From a candidate division WOR-3 bacterium (GTDB lineage: Bacteria > Hydrothermota > Tepidihabitantia > Tepidihabitantales > CAIPLT01): DNA of 59,379 nucleotides. The DNA lies in NCBI GenBank assembly GCA_026418155.1, contig JAOABV010000005.1, forward strand, positions 1-59,379, in the 5' to 3' direction. This document shows positions 39,012-47,619 of this stretch, piece after piece (the first letter of the stretch is position 1; the number at the start of each line of letters is the position of its first letter). The notes beneath the pieces were generated by a model. That model saw nothing but the letters and a program-made list of their open reading frames with translations, did not search any database and had not been told where the DNA came from. Both the position numbers and the translations under genes were made by a program.

Positions 39012-39113
39012 TTTTAGTCTTTTTTAAAAATCATTTTCTGATAGCAGGGAGTTTACTTTTAGGACGTTCTCGTTCTGCGAATTTTTGGCCTACAGTCGAG
39101 GTATTTAGTATTA

Positions 39114-39401
39114 CTATTTTTTCAGATTATTGATAAATATATCAATGGGAATTGCGGCCAAGGTCATTACATGAATTGTTCCGCGGGAACCAAGTTCGAT
39201 AGAGATTTTAGAAATTGTCTCGTTGTCTTTGGCTTCAACAATATTAACGAAGTCATAGGGACCAAGTACGCTATATTGAGCCACAATTTTAGCTCCCATT
39301 GCTTCAACTTCTTTGTTAACTTCTTTTAATCGGTCAGGATTGCTCTTTAAGGTTTTTCTACCCTCATCAGTAAGGGTTGTAAGTAAGATATAGGTTGCCA
39401 T
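39114..39401 (-). CDS. GYD domain protein
   Basis: About 95 aa with the GPYDF core typical of the GYD family. AAGGAGG-like RBS and an upstream TTGACA-17-TATAAG promoter. Confidence 0.75.
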   Translation of the reverse strand: MATYILLTTLTDEGRKTLKSNPDRLKEVNKEVEAMGAKIVAQYSVLGPYDFVNIVEAKDNETISKISIELGSRGTIHVMTLAAIPIDIFINNLKK

Positions 39402-39850
39402 AAAGCCTCCTTGTTTAAGATTTATTGTGCATCACCACAACGAATCTTAATTTATAAATTTTACATAATCTTATACTATTAAAATTTTATGATGTCAAGC
39501 CATTATTTGAAAGGACCCTGAAAAAGTTAATGCTTATGAATAAATTGAACTGGCTGAATATTTTTCTTGTCTTTTTCTGTGGTTTTCCCAATACGAATGC
39601 GCACCGTAAGTGTTTTCGAAGTACTCATTTGATAAGTTTGTTCTGAATATTACTAATATCTTTATGTATTTTCTGACGATTGCGCATATCCCGATGCGGT
39701 TTTTAAAAATATTTTTTCAGAATGCTTATGTAGGATTGTTTGGTTAAAAGTCAATTTTTGCAATTATTCTAATTACAGCGATAAATTGGTTTGTTTCGGG
39801 GCGCAGGAATAGTCTTTCATCAAGACACTAAAGAAAACTTTTTAACGGCA

Positions 39851-39955
39851 GTGTATATTATGTAAATTTACACTTGATATGTTAAAAATAAAGGTATAAC
39901 CGCCTATGATAGATAATGATAATTTTAATAACAAGAAGAAGAGAACATACCTATG
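39851..39955 (+). repeat. Copy B of the dispersed upstream motif, containing the perfect palindrome TGTAAATTTACA
   Basis: gtgtatattatgtaaatttacacttgatatgttaaaaataaaggt, plus ~60 nt of further similarity to 6072-6125. Confidence 0.7.
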
Positions 39956-40004
39956 AAACAATATAACTTACATCTCAGTAAGAAAGAGTATAATAACACA
40001 ACTA

Positions 40005-40034
40005 TTGACAAATCTTATCTGATTGCCTTATAAT
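40005..40034 (+). promoter_or_regulatory. Near-consensus sigma70 promoter directly abutting the FmdB-like gene
   Basis: TTGACA (40005-40010), an 18-nt spacer and TATAAT (40029-40034). The ATG at 40040 lies only 5 nt after the -10 box. Confidence 0.6.
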
Positions 40035-40039
40035 TAATT

Positions 40040-40261
40040 ATGCCAATATATGAATATCAATGTGATAATTGCAAACATATTTTTGAAGAATTGATATTCA
40101 ATTCTCAAGACCGGGCGAAACCCAATATTTGTTGTCCTAAATGTCATAAGAAAAAAGTTAATTTGCTATACTCAACTTTTGGTTTGAAAGGTGTGGACAA
40201 AAAAGTTGCGCAATCTAACTGTTCCAGTTGTTCGGCCAAAAGTTGCAGTGGTTGCAAATAG
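40040..40261 (+). CDS. FmdB-family zinc-ribbon protein
   Basis: MPIYEYQCDNC...CPKC is the family signature. Confidence 0.8.
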   Translation: MPIYEYQCDNCKHIFEELIFNSQDRAKPNICCPKCHKKKVNLLYSTFGLKGVDKKVAQSNCSSCSAKSCSGCK

Positions 40262-40270
40262 GAGGTTGTA

Positions 40271-40564
40271 ATGACGCTTACTAAATATAAAATTGCTGAT
40301 AAAATTGCCAAGAAGTTTCAACCACGGATTACTCGAAGTGATGTTTTAAGAATTACCCAGGAATTCTTAAATGAAATCGAAAATGCATTATTAGCCGGTC
40401 ATCGCGTAGAATTTCGTGATTTTGGAGTTTTTAAGACCAAATTGCGTAAACCAAAACTTGCACGTAATCCCAAAACTAATGTTCCAGTGCCTTTACCCTC
40501 AAGGTTGGTTGTTGTTTTTAAGCCAGGGAAAAATTTGAAAATGAAAATTGCTAAAAAGGGTTAA
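40271..40564 (+). CDS. HU/IHF family DNA-binding protein
   Basis: FGVFKTKLRKPKLARNPKTNVPVPLPSRLVVVFKPGK matches the HU/IHF beta-arm pattern. Confidence 0.88.
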   Translation: MTLTKYKIADKIAKKFQPRITRSDVLRITQEFLNEIENALLAGHRVEFRDFGVFKTKLRKPKLARNPKTNVPVPLPSRLVVVFKPGKNLKMKIAKKG

Positions 40565-40654
40565 AAAAATATCTTGTGCTTGACTTGGGTTTGTTTTTAC
40601 ATTACTTTTTCAATATTAATCTATAAAAATTGCTAAAAAGGAGTGAAGTAATTT

Positions 40655-40750
40655 ATGCCATGCGGTCGCAAAAGAAAATTAAGAAAGATTAAACGACATA
40701 AGTTTAAGAAGCGTCGCAAAGCCAACCGCCATAAAAAGAAATTACGCTAA
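40655..40750 (+). CDS. 31-aa highly basic peptide, possible bS22-like (AURKAIP1/COX24-type) small ribosomal protein
   Basis: Not in the ORF track. Sequence MPCGRKRKLRKIKRHKFKKRRKANRHKKKLR, with AAGGAG 11 nt upstream. Resembles the KRRKRM.KHKHRKLL.R pattern of small basic ribosomal proteins. Confidence 0.45.
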   Translation: MPCGRKRKLRKIKRHKFKKRRKANRHKKKLR

Positions 40751-40822
40751 AAAGCATCGCTAATTAAGTGCTTTAGGTGGTGGCTGAGACAAGAAAAAGA
40801 ATTGTAAAATATTATTCTAATT

Positions 40823-40896
40823 GCGCCCGTAGCTCAGTTGGATAGAGCGGCGGATTCCGGATCCGCAGGTCGAGTGTTCAAATCACTTCGGGCGCT
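40823..40896 (+). tRNA. tRNA-Arg (anticodon CCG)
   Basis: Folded by hand. Acceptor stem GCGCCCG/CGGGCGC, D stem GCTC/GAGC, anticodon stem GCGGA/TCCGC with loop TTCCGGA, and T arm GAGTG-TTCAAAT-CACTT. No encoded CCA. Confidence 0.9.
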
Positions 40897-40925
40897 TTAT
40901 TTAAAAATATCAGGGGAATGATACT

Positions 40926-41441
40926 ATGGATTTCTATGATGTCATTAAAAACCGAAAAAGTGTCCGGGCTTATAAACCTGACCCAATTCCAGATGAGGTC
41001 TTAAATAGAATTCTTGAAGCCGGGAGATTAGCGCCGTCAGCGAAAAATATTCAGCCCTGGAAATTTATTGTTGTCAAAGACCATAATATTAAACAAGCAT
41101 TAGTCTCTGCTTGTCGCAATCAAGAATTTATTGGACAAGCACCAATTGTAATTTGCGCAGTAGCATTAGAAAAGATTGCTTGGGGTAGAATGGGTGGATA
41201 TTGGAGTTCTTATCCCGTTGATATCGCTATTGCTTTAGAACATATAATCCTTGCAGCAACTAATGAGGGTTTAGGTACTTGTTGGATTGGCGCTTATGAT
41301 GAAGCCGAAGTCAAAAAGATTTTACGAATACCTGATGATGTAAAAGTAATTGCTTTAACGCCACTCGGTTATCCGGCACAAGAGCCAGCACCAAAACCTC
41401 GCAAACCGCTTTCGGAAATCGTCTCATTCGATTCTTTTTAA
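40926..41441 (+). CDS. Nitroreductase family protein
   Basis: RKSVRAY and PSAKNIQPWKF motifs. Confidence 0.85.
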   Translation: MDFYDVIKNRKSVRAYKPDPIPDEVLNRILEAGRLAPSAKNIQPWKFIVVKDHNIKQALVSACRNQEFIGQAPIVICAVALEKIAWGRMGGYWSSYPVDIAIALEHIILAATNEGLGTCWIGAYDEAEVKKILRIPDDVKVIALTPLGYPAQEPAPKPRKPLSEIVSFDSF

Positions 41442-41533
41442 CAGGCCGGAAATTTCAGATAAAAGTCCACCCCAAATATGGAACTTTTTGGATGCTGATG
41501 ATTATTTTAGAAAGAAAGAATTAGATTTAACTC

Positions 41534-42253
41534 TTATTGCCACTGGATTCGGGGAAAAGAAAGTCCTAAAAAGCCATCCAGTCCTAAAACAATGGTTAAA
41601 CACTTGTTATCAACATTTACTGGATAAGATAATTCAACATATAAACCAGTGGGAAAACTGGTTAATAACTTCTGGTCCTTCCAACCTTCTTTTCTAAAGA
41701 TATGCATGCCAATAAATAACACAGTTCCCAAAACATCTTTTTTATGTTGAGGTGATTCTTGGACTATCATATTGGACCAGTGAAATACTTTAATTCCACC
41801 ATACATCGAAAAATTTCTGGTGATGTTTTGACCCGTCATTAGTGTGCCAAAAGGTGCGAGTAGCATCTCGTTCATAATATAATCAAACCCAACTAATGTT
41901 GCGACATATTCTATTGGTCGATATTTTAAGTTTATGCCAATTGAAGAATTAATAGAACTATTGCCGTGAAGGCCGACATCTAAATTATTTGTTACTCCAT
42001 ACTGGATATACCCGCCATAAGTCTGGAATTTAGTATGTGAATCGTAATAAAGTGCAGTATCGCGGGCTTGAGTTGTTAAATATATTGGCAAAGTTAAAAA
42101 TCCAGTATAGCCGACATTACCAGTGCCACGAGTTGAAATATCTTGGCTAATACCCCAAATACCGTAAGAGAATTCAAAATGCAAAATGCAAAATGCAAAA
42201 ATTAAGATAAACCGCAGTATGCGGTTAGCAAATCTCCGAGAGCGTATTCTCAT
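41534..42253 (-). CDS. Predicted outer-membrane beta-barrel-like protein with a signal peptide
   Basis: Hydrophobic N-terminus, alternating aromatic/polar pattern and a C-terminal aromatic residue. Overlaps the stop of the upstream gene by 4 nt. Confidence 0.5.
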   Translation of the reverse strand: MRIRSRRFANRILRFILIFAFCILHFEFSYGIWGISQDISTRGTGNVGYTGFLTLPIYLTTQARDTALYYDSHTKFQTYGGYIQYGVTNNLDVGLHGNSSINSSIGINLKYRPIEYVATLVGFDYIMNEMLLAPFGTLMTGQNITRNFSMYGGIKVFHWSNMIVQESPQHKKDVLGTVLFIGMHIFRKEGWKDQKLLTSFPTGLYVELSYPVNVDNKCLTIVLGLDGFLGLSFPRIQWQ

Positions 42254-43953
42254 AATTTTGTTCCAATGACAATAGGTTTCCGGACAAATTCTACTTTACC
42301 TTGAGGTGTAATACCTTTTAGATTTAGAATATAAATGCCGATAGGAACGGGTTCAAGATTTTGATTAGTGCCATCCCATCTTAATTCATAAAATCCGCCT
42401 GGTTGATTGGTCAGTAGTTTTTTAACTGACCGGCCTTCCATATCAAATATTTCCAAATATAATTTGTAATCCAAAGGTGAATTAATTCGAATGAGGCAGG
42501 ATTGTAAAAGTGGGTCATCTGCGCGTCGAGAAAAGGGGTTAGGAGAGATTGTGTCAATGCGTAATACTTCTGAAGGCGGCATGGAATTAGTCAGGTCAAC
42601 AATATCAGAATTAAATCGCGGCATAACTTGATAACCAGTATTAAATGGACTGGAGGTGGTATATTGTCCAACAATACCAACAATCTGAAAGTTTTTATTT
42701 TTCTGAAACTGATTAATCGGTATTCCGGTTGTATTTAGAACTCTTATCGTAATCCCTGGTGTTCCGTTCTTAATTGTAAAATTCTGACCAGCACCGGCCT
42801 GAGAAGGTTCTGTAATTATTGAACCTGAGACTTTGATTAATTTACTCTCCATTCCTTCGGTAATTGGTGTATTGAAAGGTAGTTCAATCGGTATTATAGG
42901 AATTTTAGTTTTATCTAACAACATAATTACACCATTGGCAATTTCAGTTAGACCATTATACTCGGTAACTTTTCCAATAACTTCCCATGCAGTGCCACAA
43001 CTATCAAGCCAAGCAGTTGCGGTATCAGCATATAGCGGAGCATAGACATTAATGCCATTAGTAGAATCTTGTATATATAAACTTTTCGAACTACCGCTGG
43101 TAAAGATATAAGATGGTCCGGTAATTCGTCCGCGAACTTTAACATATTGTCCTTCATATGCAGAAGAATAACCGTCTGGACCTGGTTGTTGAACTTCGGC
43201 AATGGTCATTAGTGGCACAGCATCGTTTAGATTTCGAGAAAAATCAGTTCGATAGCGGGGCAAAATTTGGTAGCCAGTATTTACTGGTGGAATGGTTTCA
43301 AAAGTATACTGTGATTTGATACCAATTAAAGTAAATGTATCTTGAACGACAATCAAACCTGGGATTTCTCCATCTCGGTCGATTCTCATTACGCAACTTC
43401 CTGAGTTATCAATTAAATTATAATTTTGGTCTCCAGCTAAAAGAAATGCGGTTGTAAAAACTCCGCTCAATTTTACTAAACTACCTTCATAAGGTTCGCG
43501 ATTTATCATTGCGCAGGTTAATGGTATTGGCTCTGGTAAAGGCCGATTATTGGCAACTACGGTGATACTGGCATTGTATATTTCGGTTTTGCCACGATAG
43601 AAGTAGACTCTGCCATAAACAATTACGGAATCACCTAATGCAACCGGGGTATAGGTGAAATTAAAAACATTTACACCTGCAGTATTATCTTGAACATAAA
43701 TGTCTGTTTGAGTGCGGGAAAAAACTCCAGAAGGTGCAGTTACAATGCCCGTAATTGTAACATATTGACCCCGACGGTCAGGAATACCGTTACTGTCAGC
43801 ATCAACAATGGCTTCCGCAATCGGTATTACTTGTGCCGAAGCCAAACTAAAGACTAAAAATAAAAGCCCAAAAACTGAATAGCATAGAGTATTTAATTTT
43901 GAGTTTTGGGTCTTGACCTTTATATATCCTATCTTTGATTTTGAGTGTTTCAT
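42250..43953 (-). CDS. Secreted multi-domain protein: three OB-fold-like repeats plus a FlgD-Ig/T9SS-like C-terminal domain
   Basis: Signal peptide ...FLVFSLASAQ. A pattern of the form I.EA...G..V.+.G+VT....QD.T.G+.V recurs three times. The C-terminus reads YELRWDGTNQNLEPVPIGIYILNL. Start taken at Met 43953. Confidence 0.6.
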   Translation of the reverse strand: MKHSKSKIGYIKVKTQNSKLNTLCYSVFGLLFLVFSLASAQVIPIAEAIVDADSNGIPDRRGQYVTITGIVTAPSGVFSRTQTDIYVQDNTAGVNVFNFTYTPVALGDSVIVYGRVYFYRGKTEIYNASITVVANNRPLPEPIPLTCAMINREPYEGSLVKLSGVFTTAFLLAGDQNYNLIDNSGSCVMRIDRDGEIPGLIVVQDTFTLIGIKSQYTFETIPPVNTGYQILPRYRTDFSRNLNDAVPLMTIAEVQQPGPDGYSSAYEGQYVKVRGRITGPSYIFTSGSSKSLYIQDSTNGINVYAPLYADTATAWLDSCGTAWEVIGKVTEYNGLTEIANGVIMLLDKTKIPIIPIELPFNTPITEGMESKLIKVSGSIITEPSQAGAGQNFTIKNGTPGITIRVLNTTGIPINQFQKNKNFQIVGIVGQYTTSSPFNTGYQVMPRFNSDIVDLTNSMPPSEVLRIDTISPNPFSRRADDPLLQSCLIRINSPLDYKLYLEIFDMEGRSVKKLLTNQPGGFYELRWDGTNQNLEPVPIGIYILNLKGITPQGKVEFVRKPIVIGTKL

Positions 43954-43964
43954 ATTTAATATCC

Positions 43965-45218
43965 TCATTGCCACTCCTTTTGCAACTTATATGCTGCATT
44001 ATCCAATGCTTTTTTCGGTGAAGTTTTAAGTCGTATTGCTTCCTCCATTGCTTCCCCCAGATATCGACGACCGGCAAACCATTCTTCACCTCGGGGCTCA
44101 AATGTAGCATAATTTAATTGCTCAATGCTTTCTTTTAATCCTTTAATTTCTTGTAAAAGTTTAGCATAGACGGGTTCTCGTAATGCTTGTTTACAGACTG
44201 GCACATAAAAAGTTTCACTTGCCCAACGGGCTTGTTGTTTGGGCCGGGTAAACCATTTAATAAAACGCCAAGCCGCCTCTTTTTGTTTTAAACTCGATTT
44301 ACGAAATAAAGCAATGTTTGTGCCATAAGCAAGCACGGCCGGTTTATCCCACGATGGCAATGGAGCAATGCCAATGGGAAATGTCATCTTATCTTTCATA
44401 AATGCCCACGAGACGATGGTACCAAAAATTAATGCTAACTTTCCTTGTAGAAAATCATTCTGCGGTTCATAGCCTGATATAAAATTAGTAGTAGAGTCTT
44501 TATAAATTAAGTCAATCATATATTGAAGTGCTTCTATTGCGGCCGGTGAATTGAATTCAACTTTCTTCTTAGTTTCATCAAGTAACTTACTTGATTTTTG
44601 ATACAGCATACAGCCGAAAAGCCACGAGTTAACACCACCGCCTGTGCCATAAATTTCAGGTTTGCCATCATTATTAAGATCTCGGGTTAATCTTTTTAAG
44701 GCAATTCTAAAATCGCTCCAAGTTTTAGGAAATTCTTTAATACCCGTTGAGTCAAACATCGCAATATTATAAAAATATACGGGCACACTTTTATTAAACG
44801 GAAAAGTAAGAAACTTACCATCCCACATATTATTTTCCACAAACACTGGATAAATATCAGCGAGTTCTTCGGAAGAAAGACCGCTCGGACTATGAACAAA
44901 AGAATCTAAAGGGAAAAGTTGATTTTGTTGATAGAATTGAGTTGTCCAAGATTCATAGACTTGGGCAATTGTTGGCGGATTATCTACTGCAATTGCACCC
45001 ATTAACTTTTGGGCTAATGCTGAATAATCACCCATACCGACAAGAGTAATCTTAATGTCTGGATTCTGTTTCTCAAAATCTCGCACCATTGATTCCAGGG
45101 TTTTCCCGAGCGGGCCACCCATTGCATGCCAAAAAGTTATTTCCGTCTTTGTAATTTGTTGGGAACAAGAGCAAAAAAACAGACAAATTATAAATAGCAA
45201 ATAATAATAATATCTCAT
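43965..45218 (-). CDS. ABC transporter substrate-binding protein (family-1 sugar-type), lipoprotein-like
   Basis: N-terminal LFFCSC lipobox-like signal and the ITFWHAMGG...extracellular solute-binding pattern. No permease or ATPase genes are adjacent. Confidence 0.75.
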   Translation of the reverse strand: MRYYYYLLFIICLFFCSCSQQITKTEITFWHAMGGPLGKTLESMVRDFEKQNPDIKITLVGMGDYSALAQKLMGAIAVDNPPTIAQVYESWTTQFYQQNQLFPLDSFVHSPSGLSSEELADIYPVFVENNMWDGKFLTFPFNKSVPVYFYNIAMFDSTGIKEFPKTWSDFRIALKRLTRDLNNDGKPEIYGTGGGVNSWLFGCMLYQKSSKLLDETKKKVEFNSPAAIEALQYMIDLIYKDSTTNFISGYEPQNDFLQGKLALIFGTIVSWAFMKDKMTFPIGIAPLPSWDKPAVLAYGTNIALFRKSSLKQKEAAWRFIKWFTRPKQQARWASETFYVPVCKQALREPVYAKLLQEIKGLKESIEQLNYATFEPRGEEWFAGRRYLGEAMEEAIRLKTSPKKALDNAAYKLQKEWQ

Positions 45219-45412
45219 AAGACAATTTTACTTGGTTTACTCACAATGTCAATAAATTTATACGAAGACTCCTGAATAATCTAATTTTTACTACTGAAAC
45301 TTTGCATATTCAAATCTTTACTAAATTCAACGGCACATTTTCAGAATTCTCTAAACTAACATATTGACAAATCCAAAATCAGATTTATCCTAAATTAGGT
45401 GAGGTATTTAAC

Positions 45413-45972
45413 ATGTTATTATTTGTTTTACCATTAGTCTATATACACTGCCTGATACCGTAGAACTAAAAAGCACACAGGATATTTCTTATCGTTTATT
45501 CACCCAAGATAGCACTTTATATTTTCAATTCAAAACAAACAAGAACTGGTCTGTGCCTTAAACAATTGTCGAAAAAGTATCAGAATATGTAATGACTGTT
45601 ACAAATGGTGATTACATTCATCTTGTCTGGGTTAAACAATGAAGAATTTATTATTAAGATAAATAAGATAAATAAGATAAAATAAGATAAATAAGATAAA
45701 TATGTATCCTGTTAATAAAGATTCGTTAAAAAATCAGAAACACCAAGATGGGAATGTAACATTGCTATATCAATTCCAGGTCTTAATGAACCTGCGTCAG
45801 ATATTTCTATGATATTTCAGGCAGATTAGTTAAAACTTTAGTTGATGAAGAAAAGGAACTTGGCAACTACTCATTAACTCTCAACACAAAAACACTTTGT
45901 TCAGGCGTATATTTTCTATCGCTCCAGACAAAAGATAAAAGAATAATTGAAAGATTAGTTATAATAAAATAA
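45413..45972 (+). pseudogene. Decayed gene for a T9SS-sorted protein
   Basis: A short signal-peptide-like ORF begins at 45413. The broken middle contains a 9-nt microsatellite (aagataaat, 45656-45703). An intact-looking CTD tail reads YDISGRLVKTLVDEEKELGNYSLTLNTKTLCSGVYFLSLQTKDKRIIERLVIIK*. Confidence 0.55.
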
Positions 45973-46705
45973 ATTAAAAACCAAATCTAGATCTGATGAG
46001 ATAGTAAGTTAGTAGGTTGCACTTCCGTAACTTCAAATGTCAGCAGATGTTAAATGTCCAAAAGTTCAATGTTAGATGATAATAGCAGGTCGGACTTGCT
46101 TAAATGTTGCTTTCAAAAGTCTCTACGTAAAAAGTTTATCATCCAACTTCTAACCTATTGTAGCCCAAAGCATTCTAATAAGATTGCTATCTGAAATGAT
46201 ATTAGATTTTCTGACGGATTGGGTTTTAAGTTATTTCCATAGCAGTCATATAAATAAGTAAGCACACATTTGGGTAAGCCGTAAAACAATATCTGTTTTT
46301 GACAGATAGAGATACAAACTTTAAGACATTTTACTACACGAATTAGGCTAACTGGTAGGCGACCCTGTATTCCGCTTATATGGTAAAATACTATATGCGA
46401 TGTGCTGGGAAATGGTCTGGCTTGGGCTAACCCCACCCTAGCCCCTTGCACATTTCAAATAGAACAGAGTACATCTGCCCAATTTTCAATGATTAATATT
46501 TTCATAATGCTTTTTATCTTGCTATTGAGAGCAAAAAATAGCAGATATCTCTATCTCCTTGGGTTTAAGATATTTTTAGATAGCCTCCAATAAATCAATA
46601 AGTTAAATAAAAATAAACCTTCTATTTTTGTTAAAGTGCTATTCTAATATGTATTTCTTCTACATTAATCTTATGATAATTTTTAACGATACAATCTATT
46701 TGCGT

Positions 46706-47608
46706 TTAGTCTTTATAATTTCGTAAGCCTAATTTTCGGGCATATTCAATAACTTCTTGGTATTCTTTAGCATTAATTCTTCTTGATAGTTCTGGGAATC
46801 TCTCGGCTTTATAACATGGATGGTATTGGTCCATTATATTCACATATGTGTTTTGCGAAATTTCTTCAGCAATAAATTTCAAAATTTCAAATGAACCCGC
46901 AAGCCGATTAGGCAAAACTAAATGCCGAACCAATAGTCCTCTTTGCGCAATTCCTTTTTCATTAACCATCAAATCACCTACTTGGCGATGCATCTCTTTT
47001 AGAACTGCTTTATTTATCTCAAAATAGTTTGGGACATTTGAATACTTCTCCCCTATTTCATTTGAGCCATATTTCGCATCAGGCATATAAATATCAATCA
47101 CTCCTTCAAGGATTCTTAAAGTTTCGATTGAATCATAACCACCAGAATTATAAACAATCGGCAGATTTAGTCCTTTATTTTTAGCGATTTGAAGTGCTTG
47201 TAAGATTTGTGGCACAATATGAGTTGGGCTTACTAAGTTAATATTATGGCATCCGATTTTTTGTAGTTTTAACATCATTTCTGACAATTCATTAGGAGTT
47301 ACAACTTCGCCATGACCCAATTGGCTAATATCATAATTCTGGCAGAATACACAATTGAGATTACAAAAGGTAAAGAAAATTGTTCCTGAACCATTTGTGC
47401 CGACTAATTCTGGTTCTTCGCCAAAATGTGGACCAAAAGATGAAACGATGGCATCTTTGCCTATTTGACAATGACCAAGTTCTCCTTTTAACCGATTAAC
47501 TCCACATTTTCTCGGACAGATTGTGCAATGTTCTAAAAGTTGCATTGCTTTTTGGCTTAACGATTCTAAATCAGTATTTAGATAGACTGGGAAGTTCTGT
47601 TCTAACAT
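46706..47608 (-). CDS. Radical SAM protein, PflX-like glycyl-radical-enzyme activase family
   Basis: CNLNCVFCQN (CxxxCxxC) cluster plus an N-terminal Cys-rich CTICPRKC segment. Confidence 0.75.
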   Translation of the reverse strand: MLEQNFPVYLNTDLESLSQKAMQLLEHCTICPRKCGVNRLKGELGHCQIGKDAIVSSFGPHFGEEPELVGTNGSGTIFFTFCNLNCVFCQNYDISQLGHGEVVTPNELSEMMLKLQKIGCHNINLVSPTHIVPQILQALQIAKNKGLNLPIVYNSGGYDSIETLRILEGVIDIYMPDAKYGSNEIGEKYSNVPNYFEINKAVLKEMHRQVGDLMVNEKGIAQRGLLVRHLVLPNRLAGSFEILKFIAEEISQNTYVNIMDQYHPCYKAERFPELSRRINAKEYQEVIEYARKLGLRNYKD

Positions 47609-47619
47609 TCTAAATAACC

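Noticed and set aside
41488-41697. 69-aa plus-strand ORF after the nitroreductase gene
   Set aside because: It overlaps the 3' part of the better-supported minus-strand barrel gene and has no RBS.
46155-46593. ORFs 46155-46451 (minus) and 46402-46593 (plus)
   Set aside because: They overlap each other in a debris region, lack an RBS and have non-protein-like composition. The GC-rich patch is more plausibly non-coding.
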